Of a DNA stretch of 64,000 nucleotides, positions 1 to 13,118 are shown one piece after another. The DNA lies in the NCBI RefSeq assembly GCF_018350175.1, contig NC_058369.1, positions 2,916,001 through 2,980,000 on the forward strand. The letters are read 5' to 3'. Within the stretch, counting starts at the first letter, position 1. Each line of letters starts with the position of its first letter. Source of the stretch: Felis catus (Eukaryota). The notes beneath the pieces are model-generated. The model did no database searches, was not told the origin of the DNA, and saw only the letters and a program-made list of their open reading frames with translations. A program made the translations under genes and the position numbers.

Positions 1-51
1 AGCCGCCTGTTTCTTCCTGTGCTTCTGCCCTTCTAGGTGCTCGATGTAGGT
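1..51 (-). CDS. ZFR2: ZFR2 coding exon 6 (partial, runs off window); second half of first C2H2 zinc finger
   Basis: Minus-strand acceptor ...tgcctgcAG|ACC. Translates TYIEHLEGQKHRKKQAA in phase 0, completing the CxxC...HxxxxxH finger begun in exon 5. Confidence 0.93.
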
Positions 52-1037
52 CTGCAGGCAGAGAGGGAGAGCGGCCTGAGGGGCGTGTGTGCCGGCCACC
101 AAGCCACTTCATTAAACCCCGTCAACAGGCTCAGAAGCTCAGGCTGAAAAACGTAAGGTTTCTTTTTCTTTCTCGTATCTGAAAATCAATAAGCCAGTGT
201 CCTTGAAGAAACACACACGTGGTTTCAGAGGCTTCTCCGAAGGAAAACCCTGGCTGTGCAGCATCTGACCTCGGAAACCACTCAAGGACACACACACACA
301 CGACCACAACAGCAAGGGCACGTTTCCTCGTTGGAGCGCGGCTACGAGGGGTCCACGCGAGGGAGGCTGCCGGGACTCACAGGCCTGAGCCCAAAGGATC
401 TGGCAGCGTCCGGCAAGTGACCGGACTCCTCCCTGGGAATCCTGAGGACAAGGCCGGCCGCAGCCAACACACCCAGAGTGGGCCCGCTAAACCCACGCGC
501 TCTGACCATGCCAAGGGTCAGCATGCCCTGCAGGGAAGAGATCTCGGGGAAACCCACACGGGCTGGTTCGGGGGCAGGTGGGAAGCGGGGACAGGAGCAG
601 GAGGGGACACTCTCCGGAACACAGGAAACCTGTGAGCATTTACCCAAGCAACAGCAGGTGCATGTGCGCGCGCACACACAACACACACACCCTTGCTCTC
701 GCCCACCAGGCACCCTGCTCCAGGTGCACCTTTGCTCGAGCAGCCCTGAAACAAGGGTGCACCCCCCGCCCAGGCCTCTCGGAACTGCCCCTGCTGCACC
801 CATGGCTGCTCGCAGGAGGGGGTGCTGCCTGCCTCTGCCCGTGCTCCCGCCGCCAGCGGTCAGCACCGCGCCTGCCCTCGTGTCCTCCACAAGCGCGCCG
901 GGAAGGCAGTTCTGATGCGCCCGTGTCACCGCCAGTTCCGGAACAGGACACCCCTGACGTGTGGCTACCCGAGGCGGCAGGATGGTCCCCAGGAAGGTCC
1001 CCAGGGCCTGCTCGGCGGGGGGTGGAGGGCAGCTGAC

Positions 1038-1288
1038 CTGGGGGCCGGCGCAGCTGATCTTGCAGACGTCACAGTAGTGAAGCAGGGGCTGCCTGGGGCC
1101 ACCCTTGGGCTTCGGCGGCTTTCTGGCCAGGCTGCCGGCAGAACCGGCCCCAGGGCTGTTCCCGGGGCCGCCCCACAGGGAGCCCATGGGCTCTGGGAGT
1201 GGGGGGGGCGGCCGGGGGGGCGGCGGTGAGGGGCGGTGAGGACCGGTTGCCGAGCGCTCGGCCAGGTCACAGCGCGGGTGGCTCGGTC
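1038..1288 (-). CDS. ZFR2: ZFR2 coding exon 5 (251 nt)
   Basis: Acceptor ttctctctgcttcctAG, donor CAG|GTCAG. Encodes (G)PSHPRCDL...RKPPKPKGGPRQPLLHYCDVCKISCAGPQ, the ZFR-family finger signature. Frame is continuous with exons 4 and 6. Confidence 0.93.
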
Positions 1289-1380
1289 CTAGGAAGCAGA
1301 GAGAAAACCCAGACGGGGCGCCGGGTTGGCTGTGGCGCCTCTTCGGGAACGGCCTGTGCGCACACGGAAATGCGCCCTAC

Positions 1381-1605
1381 CTGCGTCCAGGGCAGACGTG
1401 GGGCTGTAGGAGGTCGGGGTGTAGGAAGGCAGGGTGGAGACGGAGGCCGCGGGCAGAGCGCTGGCGGCCGGCAGACAGGTGTCGTTCTCCGTGCAGCTCA
1501 GGGCCAGGGTGCTGACTGGCTGTCCTGCGTTAGCGGTGGCCGCCTGCTGCAGGGGCTGCGCTTGGCCGTACCCACCGCCGGGCCAGACATGCGTTCCTTT
1601 AGTCC
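1381..1605 (-). CDS. ZFR2: ZFR2 coding exon 4 (225 nt)
   Basis: Acceptor tttgtttgccctcAG, donor G|GTAGGG, phase 1-1. Encodes GTKGTHVW...AGQPVSTL...SYSPTSALDA, resembling the human ZFR2 low-complexity region as recalled. Confidence 0.85.
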
Positions 1606-2062
1606 CTGAGGGCAAACAAAACCTCTCTGCAAAGCCACCCCTCTGCCCCCAACCTCCCCCCTCCCAGCAGTGGGAATCCCGGCCCCCCGTAGCCGTGGCA
1701 ACGGGCCTCTCCCGCTGCCTAGAACCAGCATGGTCCCAGGTGCTACTGGCCTCGAACTTCCTGGAAGTCTCAGCTGCAGCTGGAGGCCAGGGCCCCGGCC
1801 TCTCCCACCCCTCAAGTCCAAGTCCTCAGCAGAAACCCCTCCTTCCAGATCTCCTTCCAGTTCCGTGTCTCTGCCTCTCTTTCCTTCTCTCCCTCTCTCT
1901 CCTACACGGGCCCGGCCCTAGTTGAGACTTCGGCGCATATTTGAGAAGGCAGCCCTGACAGTCACACGACCCCTGGACCTCCTACGAATTGGGCAAGTTT
2001 AAAATGTGGCTCCGCGGCGGCTGCTCCCACAGGGAAGCCGGCGGCCCCTTACAGAGGCCCAC

Positions 2063-2177
2063 CTGGCTGGCACGGCACTGCCGAGGCCGGGAGCCGAGGC
2101 TGGCTGGCAGCGGGCAGGGGATCCTGTTTGTTCTCGTAGCTGCCGGCATCCGTCGCGGGTTTGCGGCTGTAACCGTC
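2063..2177 (-). CDS. ZFR2: ZFR2 coding exon 3 (115 nt)
   Basis: Acceptor cccctcgcAG, donor G|GTGGG, phase 0-1. Encodes DGYSRKPATDAGSYENKQDPLPAASQPRLPASAVPCQP. Confidence 0.85.
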
Positions 2178-3118
2178 CTGCGAGGGGGTTACCCCGGAGA
2201 GACACGGAGCAGGGAGAGGGCCCCTCAGGGCAGGGGCAAGGCGTGCCCTCGCCGGCCCCGCACGCGGCTCGGCTCACGTTCACAGTTCCTGAGCTCCGAC
2301 TCTGACAGGCCGGTTCAGGAGCTGGGGCCGCAGCGACCAGCGAGCTGGACGTGGCCGCTCTCGTGGAAATGTTGACGTGTGAGGGCAGAAGCGCTGTGGG
2401 CAATGCCCAGCCTGAGACAGCTCGCACGGGAGCAGCGCAGGGAGGGTGGTACGTGAGGATGTGGGGACAGGGTTCCCCGCAGGGTCAGGACACAGAGGCC
2501 CCCACGTGGAGCCAGCTGGTGGGCTTGCAGAGGACGGAGGCGGTCAGAGCGGGGGACTAGGGGCTGGGGTGACAGCTGGGGCCAGGGACTCGGGGAGGGT
2601 CTGGGTGACGTGCAAAGGAGCCTTCGGGTCGTCACGTGGAACGGGACCACAGGCAGGTGAGCGTGAAAGCAGGGGTCGGGAGTGGGCCCTGGGGACAGGC
2701 AGGAGCTCGGGGGACGGGCTGCGGGGAGACGCCCAGAGGCCTTGGGGAAGCAAAGGCAAGGGACAGAGGAAGAGGGCGGAGCCGAACAGAGCGAGCTCTG
2801 CCGGCGGGGCGGCCCGTGGTGCCGTTTGCTGATGTTAGAGGGGATGAGTGGTGGGCGGCAGAGCCCCGGGGGTCTGGACCACGTCCGGCGCGGGACGTGC
2901 TGGAAGTTCCGAGCGGCTGGATGTCCAGGCCCAGAGAAGGGGTCGGGGAGATGGCAGCAGCAGCACCAGAAGTGCCAGATGGGCTCACGCTCGTCCCCGG
3001 CTCCCGGTCACGGGCGGGGACAGGAGCGCGGGGAAGGGCCACCCGCTGCACGCTCCCACTCAACGCTACCCGCGGCTTCAAAGGTGAGGTGCCGGTGAGA
3101 GAGAGGCCGGGCTGGTAC

Positions 3119-3314
3119 CTGGTAGGAGGGAGCGGCGCTGGGCGCTGGGGCAGGCTCCGGGGGCCAGCTGGCGCAGGGCTGGTACCCGCCACACCCCGCC
3201 ACGCTGACAGGCCCGGGGGGCTGGGCGGCCGCGGGAAACGTCGGGGTCGCAGCAGGTCCCGGGGCGAGGCCGGCTCCGGTGGCGGGGAGGGGAAAAGCCG
3301 TCGGAGGCTGGGCG
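3119..3314 (-). CDS. ZFR2: ZFR2 coding exon 2 (196 nt)
   Basis: Acceptor ttatctgtggttccAG, donor CAG|GTACC, phase 2-0. Encodes (S)AQPPTAFPLP...GGYQP...PSYQ. Confidence 0.88.
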
Positions 3315-5524
3315 CTGGAACCACAGATAAACACAGGAGCCGGCTGCGTCACGGAGTTCTGGGAACGCCTTCGTGGAAGCTCGTAAGTTCCGTCGGACCC
3401 TGAACGTCGGCTGCTCGGGATGCCGACAGTAATTCTGTACTTTCTCTACCTACTAGCCTTTGTTAAGGCCTTGCTAAGAGAGCAGGCTTGGTTTTAAGCA
3501 CTTTTCACGAATTACCACAATGTCATTAACACCTCTGTGCGTTGGGGACCCTCCTTGCCCCCGTTTTACAGGTGAGGAAAACCGAGGCACCGTAAGTGAC
3601 AAAGTCAGGGCCTGAGCCCACTGGTTGACTTCTCGGCTCATCCGTGCGGGCAGCAAGCTTTATCTGGACATCGACACTCTTCTGACAAAGCTAGACTTGA
3701 ATGGTATTTTGTAACCGAGGAGCCGATGGATCCCCCAATTATTGAGATACGGAAAATCAGTTAACACGAAACTAAAAACTCTTAGTCACGAGAATGAGTT
3801 TCACTGCCGGCTTGCTCTGCAGGACGCACAGCACCGAGGCCTTTGTCCACACCACCTCACTCTCCCCTTACTGCCGTTGAGAAGGCGCCACTGTGACCAC
3901 CTGTCCCGTTTCCGAATGAGGAACCTCTGAGGACCAGTGACACAGGTCAAGTGCTTGATCCAGACCCAGATCTCTGTGACCCAAGCGCCCCCATCTGCTA
4001 AATATCATCCTCAAAGGTAACAGTCCGTTTGTCTGAGAGGAGCAGCATCAGAGGTTTTAGCCAACACCAGTATGGATCACAGAAGGAAGTTGCCGCAAAG
4101 CCAGCCGGGGATGAGGCAAGGTGCGTGTGTGTGCATGTGTGTGTGCCCCAGGGCAGGGGGTCCCAAGGACAAAGGCACCGCGGCCAGCACTGCTCGAGCC
4201 CCTGGTACTTCCGCACACATTCTGGACCAAAGCCAGGCATGCGGTGACGGCTCCTGTCCCTCTAAGTGGCTTGCTGCCCAGCTGGGACGACACACGGAGC
4301 GCCCTCCAGGCCGAGCAGAATGCTGAGCGTCAACCACTCAGAGTAAAGCGCAAAGGTTCCTCGCGGGAGCTGGGGGCCAGCGGAGCCTGGTGCGTCACCC
4401 CCACCAGGCACCCGCCCTCTCCTCACTGGCATCCTGGCAGCCAGAGGGGTCCTCTCACAGCGCCCCCCCGCATCCCCTCCTGTCAGATGTGACCTCCTCC
4501 AACAAGCCCTCCCCGAGTCAGTCTAGGACAGTGGCAGTACTCTGTCCCCTCGCCCTGCTGGGGTTTTCTTCCCAGTGCCACCCGATCGTCTCTGTCCCTC
4601 CCCCGCAGGAACAGCAGCATGTCCCAAGGTCTCTCCCAGCACAGCAACAGCATCGGACACATAGCAGGTGCTCAGTAAATACAGACGCGGAGCGTGAGCT
4701 TACAGGCGTCCCCCGGGGCACATGTGTGGGAAACAGGCAGGTGGGGGCGGCCCCTGCGGCTCCCACCTACGGCACGCTTCTAGATTCGATTGGAGGCAGT
4801 GTCCTGGACCCTCCGGTGCCCCGCGGGCCACTCCCAAGTGCAACGCCACTGTCCAGACAACTCGAAATCTGCAGCTCTACAGCAAAAGTAAAGCCCAGCC
4901 GGAAGCCAACCCTCCAAGGTAACCACTTGTTTTCGTCTCTCCCGGGGAAGGAGCAGCACCCCACCCATTAGGAGGGACGTTTCGGTTCGAGTCAGCCACT
5001 CGTGAGATTTTTGCTTCTCAGCCTACCGTTTTACAGACTTTCTTGGCCCAAAAGCAGATCAAGTGGATGCCTGACCGGCTCTCTGAATCCCCTCAGCGCC
5101 GAGACTTCTGTATCACAAGACGTTTCAAACAAAGAACACGGTGCACGCCGCTGAGGTGTAGTAAGCGTTGCTATTTTGCCACATTTGCTTCCAAGTTTCT
5201 TTGAGCAGCGAGAACTCAATCCCCTCCATCAGACCCCCTTCCCTCCCTGCCGGGACTGGCCATGATCTTTGTGCTCTTGCCACATTCGAATTGAGTCTTC
5301 ATACAGCACTGTCGCTTTCCAATGTTATGCTGTGTGTAAAGCTACGTCCTCATTACTCATGTGACCCTGCAACCTGCCTCCCCCCCCCAACCCCCCCCCC
5401 AGGCCGTCTGGAAGGAACCCGGATGGAGACAAACACCTGTGCTTCCTTCATTCGCAACTGTTAGGTCCCCTACTGCCCTTCTACTTGGGCCAGATGGCCC
5501 CTGACCTGGCCCCACATCTTAGAG

Positions 5525-5966
5525 CTGCCACTGTCCACCACACCAGCATTGGCCACATGTGGCCCCGACACACTTACAACACGGCTCAGGTGACGGAGGA
5601 ACGGAATTCAAATGTAGTTTAATTTTTTTTAATTTTCTTAATGTTTACTTATTTTTGAGAGACAGAGAGAGACACACAGAGTGGGAGCGGGGGAGGGGCA
5701 GAGAGAGAAGGAGACACAGAAGCCGAAGCAGGCTCCAGGCTCCGAGCTGTCGGCACAGAGCCCGACGCGGGGCTCGAACCCGGGAATGGTGAGATCATGA
5801 CCTGAGCCGAAGTCGGACGCTTAACCGACTGAGCCACCCAGACGCCGCAAATGTAGTTTAATTAATTTGGGGTTTGAGAGCCACACGTGGCTAGTGGCTA
5901 CCATGGTGGAAGGCACAGATACAGAACATCTCCTTCATCACGGAAACTCTGATGGGGCAATGCTGC
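5525..5966. mobile_element. MER3-like hAT-Charlie DNA transposon interrupted by a CanSINE
   Basis: agccacacgtggctagtggctacc...cacagatacagaacat... resembles the MER3 end. Family assigned from recall. Confidence 0.55.
5625..5847 (-). mobile_element. CanSINE (SINEC_Fc type) with TSD
   Basis: tRNA-like head, (CT)n tract and A-rich tail on the minus strand. TSD caaatgtagtttaatt on both flanks. Confidence 0.92.
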
Positions 5967-5984
5967 GTTAGAAGGCCCCACCTA

Positions 5985-6190
5985 GGGGCGCCTGGGGGGC
6001 TCAGTCAGTTGAGTGTTCAATTTTAGCTCAGATCATGATCTTGCGGCTCATGGGTTCGAGCCCCACGTCGGGCTCTGTGCTGATAGCATGGAGCCTGTTT
6101 GGGATTCTCTGTCTCACTCTCTCCACCCCTCCCCGGCTTGCACTCTTTCTCAAAAATAAATAGACACTAAAAAAATGTTTAAAAAAAGAA
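5985..6190 (+). mobile_element. CanSINE
   Basis: ggggcgcctgg...gctcagtc...ggttcgagccc...ctctct...aaaataaa. Confidence 0.88.
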
Positions 6191-6329
6191 GGTCCCACAC
6201 ATCACAAACGCACACACCTTTACTAAGCACACAGGCATCTCTGTCCCCACCTGCTTTTGTGACTAACCCGGTTCAGGCCCTGGGGAGACCGTTCTCCCCA
6301 CCTCTTGCTCTATGACATGAAAGGAAAAT

Positions 6330-6730
6330 ATGGCCTACACACACACACAACAGAATATGATCCAGTCTCCGCAAGGAAGGACGTCCTGCCACCTGCCACC
6401 ATGTGGACAGACCGTGAGGACACTGTGCACAGTGACAGAAGCCAGACACAGAAGGACATGTCCTGCATGACCCCACTCACAGGAAGTTCCTAGAGGAGTC
6501 CTGTCCACAGAGACACACAGTAGACGGTGGGAGCCCCTGAGGTCGGGGGCAGCAGGGGGCAGGGAGAGTCAGCGCTTCGTGGGAACAGAGTCCCGGTTTG
6601 GGGAGATGGAAAGTTCTGGAGCCGGGTGGTGGGGGTGGCTGCACGACAGTGTGTGTGTGCCTGACGCCTCTGAGCTGTGCACTCAGAGATGGTGAGTTTT
6701 ATGTTGTATTTATCTCGCTACAACAGTAAG
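6330..6730 (+). mobile_element. Old L1M (L1MB-like) 3' end fragment
   Basis: Degenerate L1 3' UTR motifs (gaagccagacacagaaggaca; gatggaaagttctggag...gtggctgcacgacagtgtg). Confidence 0.6.
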
Positions 6731-7124
6731 ATAAAACAAAGTCATGAGCACTAGCAGTCATTCCCCATCTCGACCCACGTTTTCCTAACGTTAATAAAAA
6801 ATTTTTAAAATTTTAAGAAACTTTTTAGAAACACATGAAAAATTACGTTGCTTTCTCTACATTTTACGCTCACTCAGCATCTCTGGTGAAAATACACCTG
6901 TTTTGTACCCTTGGGCTTTACCCACATCTCCTGGATAGATCCTTACCTCAGCCTTTCTCCATTGGGGTTCCAGCAGAAATGAAGGCCTCACGCCCCCGGG
7001 CACCCGTGTGGGTAAGAGTGCACACCCCTCTGAGGATCCGTCCCTGCGGGGACTCAGGCTCTGGACGTCACCACGTCATGTGCTCTGCAGTCCAGAGGCA
7101 GAAGCCTGACGGGAAAGGGGCCGT

Positions 7125-7510
7125 GTTCCTTTGCCACGGCTGCCGTTACGGAGGGCCACCGACACAGTGGCTCCAACACCAGATATTCATTGTCCCACAA
7201 TTTTACAGGCTGGAGGTCCAAGACGGAGGAGTTGGCAGGTTTGGTTCCTTCCGAGGTATCTCTCCCGAGCGTACAGACACCGTCTTTTCCCCCGTCCTCA
7301 CACGGTCGTCCCTCCGTGGGTGTCCGTGTCCTCGCCTCCTCTTACAAGGACAGCAGTCAGACAGGATCAGGGCCCACGTTTGCGACCGCGTTTTGACCGA
7401 ATCACTCCTTTAAGGACCCTCATCTCCAAATACAGTCACATCTGAGTGGGATCTTGGGGTTTAGGACTTCAAGAGATAAACTTTAGGGGGACACAAGTCA
7501 GCCCATCCAT
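7125..7510. mobile_element. MLT1-type (ERVL-MaLR) LTR
   Basis: Typical MLT1 motifs: ggctggaggtccaag, atctccaaatacagtcaca, ggggacacaagtcagccc. Confidence 0.65.
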
Positions 7511-10154
7511 GACAGCTGCTTCAGGGCATTTCTGTAACAAAACTCGAAAGGACGTGAAAATCTTGATTACTGCAAACATCATTCATGCTGAAACTGAGGC
7601 ACCTAAGAAAAATTTCACAGAATATAGAATCATTTCTGAATTAGTATGTCTTCATCTTATTTAAGACATCCAGGCAGCACTAGCCCATCAACAGCATGCC
7701 GGCACGCGCAAGAAGAAATAAACTCAGTCATCTCTGGTGTTCTGCCAGCCACAAAACCCTTAGCCTCTTTGTTGTTGTTGCTAGAAAGGTATGTTTGTCA
7801 GGGGAGGTAGGATAAACATACCGCATGTAACTTTTTGCCAGCTTGGTTTGTAACGTTGCAATGTTGAGACATCTGGCGTGCAGGCTTCCGTTCACGCTCT
7901 CCTCCCGGGGCCTCCCAAACTTCAAGGCTGATTACCTACTTGTCTGAATACGTCGCAGCTCACCTGCCTCTCTTCCCGTTGGTAGATATTTATATTACGT
8001 GTTAGTTACGTATCGCTGAGTCAAAAATTATCCCCGGTGATGTGGTTTCCAACAGTAATATCTGTCTTCACGGTGTCTGTGGGCCAGGAATTCGGGACTG
8101 GCGTGGCCGGGCTCCAGCTCACCGACCTTAGGAGGTTGCCAACTAGACGCTGGCCGGGACGGCATCACTGAAGGCGTGGCCGGGGCAGCGGGCTGTGCGT
8201 CTGGGATGTTCCCTCACGCGGTTGGCAGTTCGGTGCTGGCTGTTTGCGAGAGGCCTTGGATCCTCCCGTGCGGGCCTTCCCAGCACTGTGTTCTTACAAC
8301 GCGGCTACTGGCTTCCGCCAGAGAGAAAACCGAGACGCCAGGGGTGGGGGCGCCCAGGCCGAAACTGGACTTGTCATGGCCCAGCCTCAGAAGTCGATCG
8401 CACGGCCGAACTCTTGCCACACTCCGCTGGTGAGAAGTGAATCACCGCATCTAACCCACACTCCGGGGCAGAGGGTCAGGCCCTGACTTTTGACGGGAGG
8501 AGCATCAGAGAGTTCACGGGCATCTCTTTAAACCACCAAACGTTATCTCCAACGTCTCTGTGCTAAAGCAATGCTGCAAGGTATGTTCCGCGACCTTCTC
8601 CATGTGTCTTCTTGTGATGGCTTCCTGTCCAGCCCGGGTCCCACACCACCTGCCCCCAAGCCCAGCCTACGGAATGGGGCCAGGATGGCTGCCCTAGACC
8701 CACCCGTGTCCTTGCTTAACTGTAATGACTTCGTTAGAGGCCCTACCTCCAAACACACTCGCATGGGGGGCTGGGCTTCATATGAGTTGGGCGGGGGTGG
8801 GGGGGGGCACAGTTCAGCCCATAGCACCACCTGAGCATCCTAAAACAGGACAAATCTCGTGATGAGATTTTCTTGGTGACTCCTAATTGCTTACTGCATA
8901 AAACCCAGATTCTGCCTCACATCTGAGAGCCCCGAGCTCACCGTCCAGCCTCCTGTCACCCCACACATCCTCTGTCCCTCAGGACACAGGACAGTTTTCC
9001 TGTCAGCCCCTGTGCGCCTCTCCCATTTCGTTGTCCACACCTGGCCCTTCTCTCGGCCTGGTGGGCTGCATCCGAGCCCCACCCACCCAAATCCCAGTCA
9101 CCCTTCCCTGCAAGGCCTCTTCTGGCCTTGGGAGAGGCCGGGGGGGGCGGTTCCCACTGACGGCCGGGCGGCTGGCACACCCACCCTTCCTCCTTCGGGG
9201 CTCTACAAACACTTAAAGTGGGGCTGTGCAGAGCAGTCAAGGGTAGTAAATGTTTGGTGACAGAGATCAAAGTGCTGGCTGTGACCCAGAAAGGGAACAC
9301 TAGGCCCGCCTTATCCTGAACAACCCCACGACACCATGAGGACACCTGTTGGTGTTTATGGTCTGAGAGGATGGGGTGCCACCTTGCTTTTATGTCGCTA
9401 AGCGAGCCCCACAAAGAAGTGGGAGCGTGGGGTCCCCCGTCGGACTCAGGGAGGGCACACGCATCTCACACCCACTCTCAGGAGAGACCCGGCAGAGCCC
9501 AGGTGGAGAGCTATAGGGAGAAAGGAGAGGGTTTTAAGCAAGGTTTGACAAGCGACAGCCACATCTGCCCACTGCCTGCTTCTGTGTGGCCCACAGCAGA
9601 GTGGTTTTCCCGTTTTTAAATGGTTGAAGTGAAAGGAGTGGCGTTTCATGACTCGTGACAATCATGTGAAATTCACATTTGAGTCAACACCTGAAGTCCC
9701 AATGGCACACGGCCGCACCCACCTGTTCGTGTCCTGTCCTGCAGTGGCTAGAGACCAGCAGCTGCCACGGACACAGTGCAGCCTGGAACGGGGACTGACT
9801 CTTTGCGTCCCAGAATTTGGATGTGGAAACCCCACCCCTCCGTGCGACAGCGTGAGAGGCAGGGCCTTTGGAGGATTCAGATTAGATGGCGTCATGAGGT
9901 TGGAGCCCTCGTGAGTGCCCTGGAGTCACAGGGGAGACCGCTTCCCCGTCCCCAGCCCCGCTGGCTCCCTGGCCTCAGACGCCAGCCTCCACAAGCGGGG
10001 GATGTGTTCCACTGCTTACAGGCGCCACGCCGCCCCCTCCACGGTGCTTTGTTACAGCAGCCTGAACTCAGATACACGGAAAGCTGGAAGTATTTACTCT
10101 CTGGCCATTTACTCAAAAGGTCTGCCGCTTCCTGGCTTAAAACAGCAATTGCTT

Positions 10155-10373
10155 GGGGCACCGGGGCGGCTCAGTCGGAGAAGCGTATGACTTCCGCTCG
10201 CGTCACGATCTCGTACCTTTTGAGTTCGAGCCCAGCATCGGGCTCTGTGCCGACAGCTCAGGGTCTGGAGCCTGGTGCAGATTCTGGGTCTCTGCCTCGC
10301 TCTCTGCCTCTCCCCCCACTTGTGCTCTGTCTCTCTCTCTTTCAAAAATAAACATTCAAAAAAAATTTTTTTT
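10155..10373 (+). mobile_element. CanSINE with TSD
   Basis: Full SINE structure. Flanks read aaaacagcaat(t/c)gctt. Confidence 0.9.
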
Positions 10374-11711
10374 AAAAACAGCAATCGCTTATTTCACTTG
10401 TGACTGCGTAGGCTGGGCCGCCTTGCATCTGAGGTCGGCGGCAAGCAGGCAGGCTACTTCTAGAGGGCGGCTGGCTATCGGATGGACACTGTGGCTCCTC
10501 CACCTCCAGGGCCAGCCTTGGGTCCTTCGTGCGGCAGCGTTCCCGAGGTGGCAGGGACCTGGGCAAAGGTTCTAGAGGCCAAAGTCCAAGACCGAGGTGC
10601 TGGCAGGTTCCATGTCTAGTGAGGGACGGTGTGCTGGGTCACACCACACACTGCCATCTTCTTACTGTGTCCTCACGTGGAGGGCGGGGCGAGGGCACTC
10701 ATCCCATTCATGGGGGCTGCACCCTCATGACCTAACCCCTCCCCAGAGGCCCCACCTCCTAATACCATCACCCTGGGAAGTAGGTTTCAGTTCAGAATTT
10801 GGAGGAGGGGGGGGGTCAACTACGGCTGTATCACTCCCACTGCTGTCTGTTAACAAGACAAGGCACAAGGAAGCCCAGGTTCAAGGGCCAGGGAGCCCAA
10901 CGTCATTTCTAGATGGGACGAGCTGCCAGGTCATGGCCGACAAGTGAGGACGTGAGAAGGAATGAAGGACAGGGACATTTTGGCAGCCAATCTGCCACAC
11001 TTAGGAGACCAGTGAGCAGGAACACAGCTCACGGGAAAGAACCTCCACAGGCCCGGCCCGTAGGGAAGCCGAAATCCAGAGGAAGGGCCCTCCCCTGGGG
11101 TGATGCCACCCCTAGGGAAGGTGGAGTGATGCTGGGGACACCTGAGGTTGTCACGACCGGGGGTGCTCTTGGCACGAAGTGAGATGCCAGGGAGGCTGCT
11201 CCACACCCCACAGTGCCCACCCCAGAGTGACCACCCCGATGTCAAAAGCGCTGCTGGGAAATTCAGACCCGCAAACACGGGTGAGGACACCACAGCTTGG
11301 GGACTGGCGACTGGCCTAGCACTTGGGCAGAAAAGCAGCCAGCGGGGCAGCAGAGACTCACCTCTCCCACCCAGACCCTTGCCACGGGTCCAAAGGAAGA
11401 GCACCCCACACTCCTCAGGCTCCCCTTCATGGAAGGCCTTTGGTCATCTCATCCTCTCCCAAGTTCTAACAGCTTTTTTTCTGGCTCCTTTTAAGAAGCC
11501 GGCGAAGCTGGGACTTCCTCCCCTGTGGTTCCTTAGAAATGCCATTGTGCCTGCGATCCCCTGGGCTTCACAGGCCCCAGTTAAGAGTCCCTGCTGGGAC
11601 GGGTGCACCAAAAAGCAGTCGTCGGGGTGAAGTGGCAAATTTGTGTGATGTGGCATGTCCCCCTGTCTCGGGCATTGTTTTTTTTTTCTCTTTTTTCTGC
11701 CACGTGTGTGG

Positions 11712-12096
11712 TATTTTTTTTAATTTATTATTTTTAAAATTTACATCCAAGTTAGTTAGCATATAGTACAACAATGATTTCAGGAGTAAATCCCTTAATG
11801 TCCCTTATCCATTTAACCCATCCCCCCTCCCATAACCCCTCCTGTTTGTTTTTCATATTTAAGAGTCTCTTATGTTTTGTCCCCTTCCCTGTTTTTATAT
11901 TATTTTTGTTTCCCTTCCCTTATGTTCATCTGTTTTGTCTCTTAAAGTCCTCATATGAGTGAAGTCATGTGTATTCTGTCTTTCTCTGACTAATTTCACT
12001 TGGCATAATACCCTCCCGTTCCATCCACATAGTTGCAAATGGCAAGATTTCATTCTTTTGATTGCCGAGTAATACTCCATTGTATGTATGTGTGTA

Positions 12097-12172
<76 letters not shown>

Positions 12173-13118
12173 TACCACATCTTCTTTATCCATTCATCCA
12201 TTGATGGACATTTGGGCTCTTTCCAGACTTTGGCTCTTGTCGATAGTGCTGCTATAAACACGGGGGTGCATGTGTCCCTTCAAAACAGCACACCTGTATC
12301 CCGTGGATAAATGCCTCGTAGTGCAATGGCTGGGTCGTAGGGTAGTTCTATTTTTAGTTTTTTGAGGAACCTCCAGACTGTTTTCTAGAGTGGCTGCACC
12401 AGCTTGCATTCCCAGCAACAATGCAAAAGAGATCCTCTCTCTCCGCATCCTTGCCAACATCTATTGTTGCCTGAGTTGTTACTGTTGGCCATTCTGACAG
12501 GTGTGAGGGGGTATCTCATGGTGGTTTTGATTTGTATTTCCCTGATGATGAGTGATGTTGAGCATTTTTTCAGGTGTCAGTTGGCCATCTGGAGGTCTTC
12601 TTTGGAGAAGTGTCTATTCATGTCTTTCGCCCCTTTCTTCACTGGACTATTTGTTTTTTGGGTGTTGAGTTTGATAACTTCTTCACAGATTTTGGATACC
12701 AACCCTTTATCTGACGTGTCGTTTGCAAATATCTTCTCCCATTCCGTCAGTTGCCTTTTATTTTTGCCGATTGTTTCCTTCGCTGTGCAGAAGCTTTTTA
12801 TTTTGATGAGGTCCCAGTAGTTCATTTTTGCTTTGGTTTCCCTTGCCTCCGGAGACGTGTTGAGTAAGAAGGTGCTGTGGCCAAGGTCAAAGAGGTTTTT
12901 CCCGCTTTCTCCTTGATTTGATGGCTTCCTGTCTTACGTTTAGGTCTGTCATCCATGTCGAGTTTATTTTTGTGTCTGGTGTGAGAAAGTGGTCCGGGTT
13001 CATTCTTCTGCCTGTCGCTGTCCGGTTTTCCCAGCACCGCTTGCTGAAGCGACTGTCTTCCTTCCATGGGATCTTCTTTCCTGCTTTGTCAAAGACGAGT
13101 TGGCCACACGTTTGTGGG
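11712..13118 (-). mobile_element. 5'-truncated carnivore L1 (ORF2 C-terminus + 3' UTR), degraded
   Basis: Minus-strand frames give L1 ORF2 peptides ([15 protein letters not shown]..., MFIAALST..KVWKEPKCPS.DEWIKKMW). A-rich tail near 11712; frameshifted. Confidence 0.93.
12083..12173. repeat. Compound (TG)/(TA)n/(CA)n microsatellite inside the L1
   Basis: Direct inspection. Confidence 0.95.

Noticed and set aside
5649..5837. Recurrent MAQSVKRPTSAQVMIS... ORF family
   Set aside because: Translation of the CanSINE consensus. The tRNA-like heads are SINE-derived, not tRNA genes.
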